Shown here piece by piece: positions 1 to 7,979 of a stretch of 64,000 nucleotides of DNA. The first letter of the stretch is position 1, and each line of letters begins with the position of its first letter. Source of the stretch: a virus (lineage: Duplodnaviria; Caudoviricetes); the IMG/VR virus record IMGVR_UViG_3300035425_000025, positions 10,103 through 74,102 of that record; one strand, written 5' to 3'. Both the position numbers and the translations under genes were made by a program. The notes under the pieces are model-generated. The model did no database searches. It was not told the origin of the DNA and saw only the letters and a program-made list of their open reading frames with translations.

Positions 1-278
1 AGAGAAATCTCTAAATTTTCATCAATTACGAATTCTTTATTATTAATATTATCAATAGTAACTACAACTGCGTTCTCATCTTCACTAAGAATTGGATTTC
101 CATTAGATACAATAAAACTTCCTTTAAATTCGATATCTGAGTATCTTAGAATCTGTGGCGTGTCTGCTAACATATCAATTTCCTGCTGTGCTGTTCTGAT
201 ACTGTCACCCATCTCTAATGGTCTAATAACTGTTTTGTATTTATTATCTAAAATACTTCTTTCTGGTAAAATTTTCAT
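1..278 (-). CDS. hypothetical protein, 3'-truncated by window edge (MKILPERSILDNKYKTVIRP...)
   Basis: ATG at 278 overlaps the previous stop (ATGA); frame open to position 1. Confidence 0.7.
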   Translation of the reverse strand, partial: MKILPERSILDNKYKTVIRPLEMGDSIRTAQQEIDMLADTPQILRYSDIEFKGSFIVSNGNPILSEDENAVVVTIDNINNKEFVIDENLEIS

Positions 279-571
279 GTTTCTTGTTCCTCTCTTTCAT
301 TTGAAACTACTTGGTTGTACGCATTTTTTATCTGAATTGTGAGATCATATAATACATCTTCATTGATCGTACAATCTAAATTTGACATATCAATATTAGG
401 ATCTGAAATTGTAAATTCTAAAGTACCATTATTTTTGGGGACAAATAGAACTTCAACATTGTTACTTAATAGAAGAGTAATAGAATCAATTTTCTTTCCG
501 TTGTTGGATTTTATAGTTCGTACTTGTCCAACTTTTAGCCGTTCTTCTTCAATAGATAATCTGCTTGCCAA
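275..571 (-). CDS. hypothetical protein (98 aa)
   Basis: Track ORF 275..673 runs through the tRNA; TTG at 571 with a GGTG RBS is the plausible start. Confidence 0.65.
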   Translation of the reverse strand: MASRLSIEEERLKVGQVRTIKSNNGKKIDSITLLLSNNVEVLFVPKNNGTLEFTISDPNIDMSNLDCTINEDVLYDLTIQIKNAYNQVVSNEREEQET

Positions 572-607
572 TCTATTCACCAACTTTCTTTTATATTTTG
601 CATATAG

Positions 608-689
608 TGGATGTTCCTGGACTTGAACCAGGAGTGCCGAAGCCACGATTTTACAGACCGCTGCGATATCCAATTCCGCTCAAACATCC
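608..689 (-). tRNA. trnY: tRNA-Tyr(GTA)
   Basis: GGATGTT/AACATCC acceptor, CTGTAAA anticodon loop, long variable arm, CCTGG-TTCAAGT-CCAGG T arm; no encoded CCA. Confidence 0.9.
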
Positions 690-722
690 ATAAAAATAGG
701 AGAGTACTGAAGACTCTCCTAA

Positions 723-1140
723 GAAATAAACTGCCATGTATTCAAATACAGATTTATTGGTCTTTTATCTGTACCTAACATACTGCGTACCAATAGCATA
801 TGCTTGAATATCTTGTGGCAGGAAGTACACTTTATTGGCAGATTGATGGTCTGCTGCTAGACACTTATCAGGCGACTAACAAATATAAGTATTCAATAAA
901 TGTGCAATGTATAGCATGAAGCGTCCAACTAGCTATAATTGGAATCCGGATGCCCAGTTTTAATAGCTTTGCTATTCGCAAATCAATAAATGTCATCATT
1001 AACGCAGATATCACGAACCTCTCAACACAGTGTAGGTAGTTGTCAACCTACTACGGATTCAGTTATTGCCGTTGATGCGTGTAAAACTTGATAATGACTG
1101 CATGGACGTTATCTACAAAACACACATCTGTTTTAATCGT
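723..1140 (-). ncRNA. candidate structured ncRNA (~420 nt)
   Basis: No ORF; many hairpins (AATAGC/GCTATT, GCAGA/TCTGC, TACAGAT/ATCTGTA, GTAGGT/ACCTAC); directly upstream of tRNA-Tyr. Confidence 0.45.
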
Positions 1141-1157
1141 TGTATTGTTGGAAATAA

Positions 1158-1186
1158 TTGACAATATTTTAGAGATTATGTAGAAT
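1158..1186 (+). promoter_or_regulatory. sigma-A promoter of type I toxin
   Basis: TTGACA-17bp-TAGAAT with TG extended -10. Confidence 0.8.
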
Positions 1187-1321
1187 AATAAGTGTAAGCA
1201 GCATCCAACGTTTCATTTAGGCTAGATGGGATGGTAAATTAGGTGGTTTGAGTCACGTCAGGACAGCAATGTTCTGTTTATCGGATAGATACCCTTGCTA
1301 AGAAAGGAGGGTGATAAAGAA

Positions 1322-1453
1322 GTGACATTTTGTGAATTACTAATTTTTACTTTAGTAACTGGCATTGTTAGCGGAGTAATCTCTGCGTACATAGTCAGAT
1401 TTCTTGATAAAAGACGCAAAAATGACCGCCACTCGCCAAAGCACGGTCATTAA
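1322..1453 (+). CDS. type I toxin, small membrane peptide (43 aa, MTFCELLIFTLVTGIVSGVISAYIVRFLDKRRKNDRHSPKHGH)
   Basis: AAGAAAGGAGG RBS, GTG start, one hydrophobic helix plus basic tail; 5'/3' UTR complementarity. Confidence 0.8.
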   Translation: MTFCELLIFTLVTGIVSGVISAYIVRFLDKRRKNDRHSPKHGH

Positions 1454-1550
1454 TGCGTTAATGAATTCAATTTATTAGCCATTTTTGATTATTTGGCTCA
1501 AACCATCTAACGGATGCTGTTTTGCATTTTTATATAGAGTCTTTTCTATA
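1415..1550 (-). ncRNA. antisense antitoxin RNA of the type I TA module
   Basis: Minus-strand TTGACA(1585-1580)-17bp-TAAGAT(1562-1557); terminator AATGACCG/CGGTCATT plus U tract at 1418-1451 overlapping toxin 3' end. Confidence 0.7.
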
Positions 1551-1695
1551 CTCATTATCTTATATCAAATTTATCATGGTGTCAATAGATTTACTTTTCA
1601 TATAGTCTCATACTGTTTCATATCGTGCTATATTGTCATATAGTATATCACAATATAAAGAATAATTTCACTTGAAATTGGAGTTTCAAAGTGGT

Positions 1696-2709
1696 TTATT
1701 CAGAAAAACCAAACATTTCATTTATTGTATCATCTGAATGATCCTTGAGATAGGATTGGGTGGTACTAACATCAGAATGGTGAGCAAATACCTGAACCTG
1801 TTCCAATGGATATTTTCTAATATTTCCGTTTTCATCAACTAAACGAGTATCTGTTCCTTGTGCTAGACATTCTAATCTGCTATGTCTCATAGTATGAGGG
1901 AATATATTACATTCTTCACCACGAACTTCTGACAATATTTTAGATATTGAACATACTCTATCATATAAAGCATCGCCTGTAATTGGTTGCTTATCATCAC
2001 CAGAACCTTTAACCCATAATGAATCTATATTATCTTCTCCACGTTCTTCTAAATACCTTCTTATCAATTCTTTAGTATCATCAAGATATACTAAACAGAA
2101 TTTTTTGCCACGTTTACCAATAACAATATTTGTTTTATTCCCGTCTAAAAGTCCATGCTTTTCGATTTGAAACAATTCATTTCTACGTCCAGCAGAGTCA
2201 AATCCTATGCTCCATAGGCATGCGTCTTGTAATCTACCTCTTTCTACAAGAATATCTCTTACTTTCATAAATTCATCAAAAGTAAAAAAGAAATTATCCT
2301 CATCATCCTTGACTGGTTTCTTAGGCAGACCTGCGACTTTTTTACTATAATTTACTTCATAATCATAATCATCATCTTCTTCGCAAAAAGTCAACAAACT
2401 ATTGCAAGCACTTTTTAATCTATTTACTCTAGCTGCTGACATTTTACACTCTTCTGAAAAATATAAACTAAGTCCACGAAAATCTTTTTTCTTTAATTCA
2501 AGAATAGAACGGTTCCCTAATTCCTTTAATATGTATATCATCACAATCCTAAGATCATTATAATATCCACTAATCGTTCCTTTTGATTTTTGCCTCTGTT
2601 TATATTCTGCAAGAAAGTCATCAATAATTCTTTTGTTTTCCTTATTTACTTGTTCCCATAATTCAGGAGTGTAAAAATTATTATAAATTCTCCCACGCAT
2701 AAACATCAC
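1696..2709 (-). CDS. tyrosine recombinase/integrase family protein
   Basis: SAGRRNE (R), HTMRHS (HxxR), AHHSDVSTTQSY (H, Y). Confidence 0.9.
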   Translation of the reverse strand: MMFMRGRIYNNFYTPELWEQVNKENKRIIDDFLAEYKQRQKSKGTISGYYNDLRIVMIYILKELGNRSILELKKKDFRGLSLYFSEECKMSAARVNRLKSACNSLLTFCEEDDDYDYEVNYSKKVAGLPKKPVKDDEDNFFFTFDEFMKVRDILVERGRLQDACLWSIGFDSAGRRNELFQIEKHGLLDGNKTNIVIGKRGKKFCLVYLDDTKELIRRYLEERGEDNIDSLWVKGSGDDKQPITGDALYDRVCSISKILSEVRGEECNIFPHTMRHSRLECLAQGTDTRLVDENGNIRKYPLEQVQVFAHHSDVSTTQSYLKDHSDDTINEMFGFSE

Positions 2710-2745
2710 TTCCTTTCAAATAAAAAAAGAAGTGATAGCAAAATA

Positions 2746-4269
2746 CTAAACAACTTCTTTCTTAGGTCTTGTATTTCTTATTATGTTTTGTGAATAATCT
2801 AACTCACCAATATTTCTTACTTTTCCCCAGTCAATATTATTTTTATAAAATTTTTCTATTTGATGCTTTTCTTGTAAAGATGGATTATATATGATGTTTG
2901 TAAAATTTTCTTGTGTTAAATCGCATGGAAACAAAATAAAATATTTTAATCCATTATTTTTTAACATAAGTTCTTTTTCTTTTAGTTTTATCCGATATTT
3001 CTCTTTTGATTTGCTTTTAGATATTTTTCTATTTTCATAATACCAAGTTTTATAATCTGCAATAATCCCAGCAATTTCTATATATAAAATATCGTTTTGT
3101 GTATGTATTACATAATCACAATTCATATTTCCATGATAGTTATTAATAAAATTTGAGTATTTGATATCCCTAAAATAATCTTTATTAAATATAAATCCAT
3201 TTTCTTTCAGAAACTTAGAAAACATATATTCATATTGACTTGCAACATGTTCTTGATCATCAAAATCATAATTAAGTCCCTGCCCTTGATTACCAAAAAC
3301 AATGCCAAAGTTACTAAAATACTTTATAAAATTGACACCATAATATTTTTTACTCATTCTATCTAAAGTACCATAACTCGACCATTGACTACTTTCGTGA
3401 ATCTCTCTAGTAGTAGTAAAATTTCTGTTTTCCTTAGCCAAAAAATCTAATATATTTTTTACAGTCGCATCGAAATCTTCTTTAGATAATTGTTTATCCA
3501 TCATGCTTTCTTGAACAATTTCTAAACCAAGTTCTTTTTTCATTTTATTTAAAGAACCCCAATATTTTTTAATCATTGTTACACCAATTTCATCCATATT
3601 AGGATTCTTAAAATCCTTGTATTCTAATGGTCTATTAAATTTTGATTGCATATTCATAATAATATTTACACAATCTTCTTTGGTTAAATTTTTCGATTGC
3701 CCACCACGAGTTCTTATTTCATATTTTTCTGCATTAGATAAACTATATCCACATAGTTCAAGCCAATCTACTAAATCACCGCCAAGATATTGCTCATACA
3801 TTCTTAGTGTTGGCATTTTATTCTCAGGTCTAAAGTCTTTTTTCTTAAATTTTGGATATCCATTCTTTTCTACAAAATCTCTTAATTTTCTTATTAGAAA
3901 TTTTTTGATTTTTTCATCATTATTCTTAAAAGTACCAACATTCAATTTTGCGGTTGGCATTACATCAAATTTACAATCTAAACAAAGATAATCATATCCA
4001 TATTTTTCTGTATATGATTTGATTCTTGTATATTCCATTTTTGTTATTTGTTCTTTTCTTTTACAAATGTCACATTCACACTCAACTATAAGATTTGAAT
4101 TAGGTTTTAAGTCTTCTACGGATACATCAATAGTCGTTCCGTTGACAATAGAATATGTATTATGTCTTTTATTAAAATATCGAGGTATTTCATATCCTAA
4201 TTTTTCATAATATGATGCCATATTTCCGGATACATCAATCTTAACTTTTTGTGGTAATATTAATCCCAT
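2746..4269 (-). CDS. putative homing-type endonuclease (Zn-ribbon, helical repeats, C-terminal PD-(D/E)XK-like domain)
   Basis: ECECDICK...CLDC; repeats like KKYWGSLNKMKKELGL; C-terminal DYVIH...YIEIAG. Confidence 0.55.
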   Translation of the reverse strand: MGLILPQKVKIDVSGNMASYYEKLGYEIPRYFNKRHNTYSIVNGTTIDVSVEDLKPNSNLIVECECDICKRKEQITKMEYTRIKSYTEKYGYDYLCLDCKFDVMPTAKLNVGTFKNNDEKIKKFLIRKLRDFVEKNGYPKFKKKDFRPENKMPTLRMYEQYLGGDLVDWLELCGYSLSNAEKYEIRTRGGQSKNLTKEDCVNIIMNMQSKFNRPLEYKDFKNPNMDEIGVTMIKKYWGSLNKMKKELGLEIVQESMMDKQLSKEDFDATVKNILDFLAKENRNFTTTREIHESSQWSSYGTLDRMSKKYYGVNFIKYFSNFGIVFGNQGQGLNYDFDDQEHVASQYEYMFSKFLKENGFIFNKDYFRDIKYSNFINNYHGNMNCDYVIHTQNDILYIEIAGIIADYKTWYYENRKISKSKSKEKYRIKLKEKELMLKNNGLKYFILFPCDLTQENFTNIIYNPSLQEKHQIEKFYKNNIDWGKVRNIGELDYSQNIIRNTRPKKEVV

Positions 4270-4473
4270 ATTATCTTTTCCTACTTTCTCACCTACTCAA
4301 CTTAAATAAAGAAATGGGAGAGAGGTAGGTGACTCTACGTTACTGGGTAGCTACTCCCAATAATCCCATTTCCATAATTCCAATGCAGGCTTCGACACCA
4401 CATTCAACTTCACAAACAGTAAGCTAAACGGATTTTCCCTAAATCGCATTGGACACTATATACTTCTCTAAAC

Positions 4474-4510
4474 AAAAAAGACTTACGCTCAATTTTTGAA
4501 CGCAAGTCTT
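4474..4510 (-). terminator. intrinsic terminator
   Basis: AAGACTTGCGTTC/GAGCGTAAGTCTT hairpin followed by U run. Confidence 0.75.
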
Positions 4511-4523
4511 CAGGACATTCAAT

Positions 4524-4670
4524 TCAATCTTCCAACTTCCCAAGCAATTCTTTCACTGTAATTTCCTCTCCAATAGAAGCACACTCATCTAAACGATAGA
4601 AGAGTAGTTCTTTGAGAATTATTAACTCATCGTCTGTGAGGTCTACGGATTTTACAATTTCATCATACAA
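4524..4670 (-). CDS. small acidic protein (48 aa), missed by ORF track
   Basis: GGCGGTG RBS, TTG start, MYDEIVKSVDLTDDEL... Confidence 0.6.
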   Translation of the reverse strand: MYDEIVKSVDLTDDELIILKELLFYRLDECASIGEEITVKELLGKLED

Positions 4671-4693
4671 AGTTATTTCACCGCCAGTCTGAA

Positions 4694-4969
4694 TTATAGT
4701 GTCTTAACAGATTTACTAATCGTAAATTTCAATTCATCATGTGCTGGCTTTGTCCATTCCTTGCCTCCTGCAAGAGCAGCAACACCACTTCTCTCAGCAA
4801 CATGCCTTACAGAAAACGTACCAATTCCAGGAAGAGGAACCTTTTCATCACGACTCTCGTTCAATGCTCCAAGTAAAAACTTTCCATAGGCATCCATAAC
4901 TGCCTCTGCAACCTTATTTGTAACTTCTGCCTCAGAAGCAACTGCTTTAATCATATCGTTCTTTACCAT
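4694..4969 (-). CDS. hup: HU histone-like DNA-binding protein
   Basis: MVKNDMIKAVA...VPLPGIGTFSVRHVAERSG...KFTISKSVK; start refined to ATG 4969. Confidence 0.9.
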   Translation of the reverse strand: MVKNDMIKAVASEAEVTNKVAEAVMDAYGKFLLGALNESRDEKVPLPGIGTFSVRHVAERSGVAALAGGKEWTKPAHDELKFTISKSVKTL

Positions 4970-5210
4970 TATAAAAATCTCCTTTATTTTCAATGTTTTT
5001 CATCAAAATAGGAGAGTAGCATTTACTCTCCAATACATGTGTTTGTGGCCTCGTCAGCCAAATATAATAATCGTCCACTCGTGACGATTTTGCTTGTTTA
5101 TAATGACTTGGACTGTCTCTAGTTTATGGCTTTCAGATTTCAATAATATTGACAAGCCTCCCAATTTAATTCTGATACTACAGAAACCATTAAAATTAGT
5201 ATTCTATTTG

Positions 5211-6455
5211 TTAATTCAAAATAAATTTATATGTTTCTATGTGTCCGTATGTACTATCAAATCCATATATTTTAACAGCAGCTTTGCTACCTTTCATAAT
5301 AGAATCACTATAAGGATCGCTACCAACGAAAGAAGGACTTACCAATATTTCCGTATCATTACAACATCCTTCAAAACTAGGAATTTCCTTACCAGAATGA
5401 AAATGTCCTAATAATAGATAGTCAATAAAGCTTCGTCTCATCATACTTAAATCACGTATAGAATTTTCTATATTTTTTAACTGATGGCCATGCATAGCAA
5501 TAACTTCATTTCCCATAATTGGAATTTCTATGTATTGTTTGCCTTCTTCAGCCAAATGAACAGAAATTCTTTTATTACCAATACATAAGTCTTTTATATA
5601 ATTTCCAATAAGATATTCTAAATCCTCATCTGCAATTTCACTTGCTTTAGTTCCTAATGGACGTAATTGACTATGATTTGCCGAAGGGGTATGATAGTAT
5701 TCAATTTTTGTATACACAGATAATTCTCTTAAAAATAATGCGATTAACCTACTAATCTCCACAGTAGATCTAACAATTGTAGAATCGTTAATTTTTAAAT
5801 CACTAACACGTAAAATTCCCTGTACCATATCGCCCAATGAAGCTATATAAAGTTTTGTTACTTTATGTTTTTGAATGAATTCAATAACATATCCAGATAA
5901 ATTTTCAAATCGTTCTTTTACGATTTCTGGTGAATATTCATTATTTTCACTTTTAAATTTTGCACCATAATGGATGTCTGCAAGAGACATGATATATCCT
6001 AATTCGTTTTCTGCTGAATCATAATATAGTGGCTGAAATTCTGGAAGTGGAAGAGCGGTACAAACATTACCAACATATTCATAATACATTTCTTGACGAG
6101 ATTCATTTCTATCTACACGGTTCCGCTCTATATTGGCAGTCTGCAATTTCATACGTTCTTTTCGCATATCTGCAATTTTCTTATCTAATTCTTTCTCTCT
6201 TGAAAATTCTTCTGGATTGGTATAGATTTGATTTTTAAGATATTCTGTTCTAAACTGACCGCCAAAGATAGTAGAAGATGCCTTGCGAATTGTATCTGAA
6301 TTGCAGGTAATATTATATTTTGCTTGGATCTCTACCCAATCAAGATCGTTATTTCCTTCTAATTTATCAGAAATATCCTTACATACCTTTTCATATGTAT
6401 CAGTAGTTAATCCATACTTTGCTAATTCTTCATTAAAATTATACAGAGTAGTCAC
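5211..6455 (-). CDS. calcineurin-like metallophosphoesterase (SPbeta YonJ-like)
   Basis: ADIHYG, LGDMVQG, ANHSQ, MHGH, GHFHS motifs; syntenic with YonO/HU. Confidence 0.8.
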   Translation of the reverse strand: MTTLYNFNEELAKYGLTTDTYEKVCKDISDKLEGNNDLDWVEIQAKYNITCNSDTIRKASSTIFGGQFRTEYLKNQIYTNPEEFSREKELDKKIADMRKERMKLQTANIERNRVDRNESRQEMYYEYVGNVCTALPLPEFQPLYYDSAENELGYIMSLADIHYGAKFKSENNEYSPEIVKERFENLSGYVIEFIQKHKVTKLYIASLGDMVQGILRVSDLKINDSTIVRSTVEISRLIALFLRELSVYTKIEYYHTPSANHSQLRPLGTKASEIADEDLEYLIGNYIKDLCIGNKRISVHLAEEGKQYIEIPIMGNEVIAMHGHQLKNIENSIRDLSMMRRSFIDYLLLGHFHSGKEIPSFEGCCNDTEILVSPSFVGSDPYSDSIMKGSKAAVKIYGFDSTYGHIETYKFILN

Positions 6456-6461
6456 CTACTT

Positions 6462-6674
6462 TCATTCTTCATCAAACATCGAACTAGAAATTGGAGCAGC
6501 TCCACCCAATTTAAGATCAATAGCCTGTCCAACATACTGTTTAAACATATTTACAATACTAATAGGAGCGTCAAATGCTTCCTCATTCACTAAAACTAAT
6601 TCGCCATTGATTTCCTCAACTCTTGCACCTACAATATTTTCAATTGTTTGGTGTGTATTATCTAATTTTGCCAT
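6462..6674 (-). CDS. small protein, YonK-like by size and position (70 aa)
   Basis: GAAAGGAAG RBS before ATG 6674; adjacent to YonJ-like gene. Confidence 0.55.
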   Translation of the reverse strand: MAKLDNTHQTIENIVGARVEEINGELVLVNEEAFDAPISIVNMFKQYVGQAIDLKLGGAAPISSSMFDEE

Positions 6675-6794
6675 TTGAAATCTTCCTTTCATGAATATAT
6701 TTTTATATCTTGTAACACTTATATTTGCAATTTGCTGGCTGTTAACGAAGAGCCGTGCTACGGAGGACTGTTTGTACAAAACAGACAAAATGAA

Positions 6795-6877
6795 TTGCTG
6801 AAAGCACAGGAGTCGAACCTGTTATCACACAGGTTATGAGCCTGGTATGGTTTATGTATCCGTTCCACTCGCCAGCA
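6795..6877 (-). tRNA. atypical/degenerate tRNA with CAT anticodon
   Basis: CTCATAA loop, ACAGG-TTCGACT-CCTGT T arm; bulged acceptor stem and enlarged D loop. Confidence 0.55.
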
Positions 6878-6878
6878 G

Positions 6879-6953
6879 TTGGGAATCAGGGACTTGAACC
6901 CTGGACAAACATGCTTTATAAGAACACCGCTCTACCAACTGAGCTAATTTCCA
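6879..6953 (-). tRNA. trnI: tRNA-Ile(TAT)
   Basis: GCTC-AGTTGGTA-GAGC D arm, GTGTT-CTTATAA-AGCAT anticodon arm, CAGGG-TTCAAGT-CCCTG T arm, discriminator A; 7-nt variable region. Confidence 0.8.
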
Positions 6954-7463
6954 AAAGAACAAATGACGATACTGCTAGAATAGCAGCACCGCCACCTGTG
7001 ACAGAAATGAGAAATAAAATTATGAAATAAAGAATTCTCAAATATCAGATGCTTAAAACAGAACTGGAATATCTTCTGTAATCTCAATCAATTTGTTATC
7101 AGTAAAATACTGATATGAATTAAATCTATAATTTGAAATTATATTGTTCAAAAATTTTCTTTTACCACTAAAGAAATAATATTTTCAGCTTTCTACTCAT
7201 TTAAGAGATAAAGAATTTTCAGTTCTAATAAAATTAGCATACAAAAACTCCGATTTAATGCCACTACAGGGCAAACTTAGTATGCTGGCATTTGTGCGAT
7301 GCAATATACACACCCTTATGCATTCTTATTTACACAAACAAGTTTTTTACCACAGCCTCATGTGTGTAATTATTATTGGCTGAGGCTTATGACGAAGTAA
7401 TTGTGTGCAACAGGACAGTATTCTCAAATCCTGTAATTGACAAAATAGAATAGAAGATAAATT

Positions 7464-7775
7464 TTATTGTCTATCAAACAAATATTGATTAACCTGTCCA
7501 TTATAATATTTAGATAAACATGCTTTTACATTTACATGTTCAGGACATTCTATATTTTGAAACATTCCTTTTGAATATTTCTTCTTTTTTATGTATTTCC
7601 TTTTTATGTTGATACCATTTAAAAGTTTTATATTTACTTCTTCAGATGGAGTGATAGAAGACAAGTAGTCAAAAATAATATTCTCTGCCGATTTTAATAT
7701 CTTACGGACTGTCGCTACATCTATATCTTCTTTTGTTGCTATTTGATTTATTAAAACATCTTGTGTAACATTCAA
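7464..7775 (-). CDS. second HU/IHF-like protein (divergent)
   Basis: DVLINQIATKEDIDVATVRKIL...NIKLLNGINI...HVNVKACLS resembles the HU fold. Confidence 0.65.
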   Translation of the reverse strand: MNVTQDVLINQIATKEDIDVATVRKILKSAENIIFDYLSSITPSEEVNIKLLNGINIKRKYIKKKKYSKGMFQNIECPEHVNVKACLSKYYNGQVNQYLFDRQ

Positions 7776-7849
7776 ATAACTTTTCTACCTCCATTCTGGT
7801 ATCGAATTCGATTGTCAAGAATCATATCTTTCTTTGTAAATTTTAACAT
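7772..7849 (-). CDS. 25-aa microprotein coupled to HU-like gene
   Basis: GGAGGT RBS, ATG 7849; TGA overlaps the TTG start of the next gene. Confidence 0.45.
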   Translation of the reverse strand: MLKFTKKDMILDNRIRYQNGGRKVI

Positions 7850-7979
7850 TTAATACCTCCGTATTTTGTTATATGTGCGATATGATTGTTCTTTCTCTTA
7901 TACGCACAAAACTTCTGTCGTTATTTACGTCTGAAAAATTTTTTTGTTCATTTTTTCAACCGTAAATAACGAGTCTATT

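Noticed and set aside
571-673. 5' extension of ORF 275..673
   Set aside because: Overlaps tRNA-Tyr; a better RBS/start exists at 571
5040-5062. CUGACGA hammerhead-like core on the minus strand
   Set aside because: No stem II followed by GAAA and no stem III
6745-6765. GAGCCGTGC resembling group II intron domain V
   Set aside because: No complementary 3' strand, no GUGYG 5' end and no RT gene
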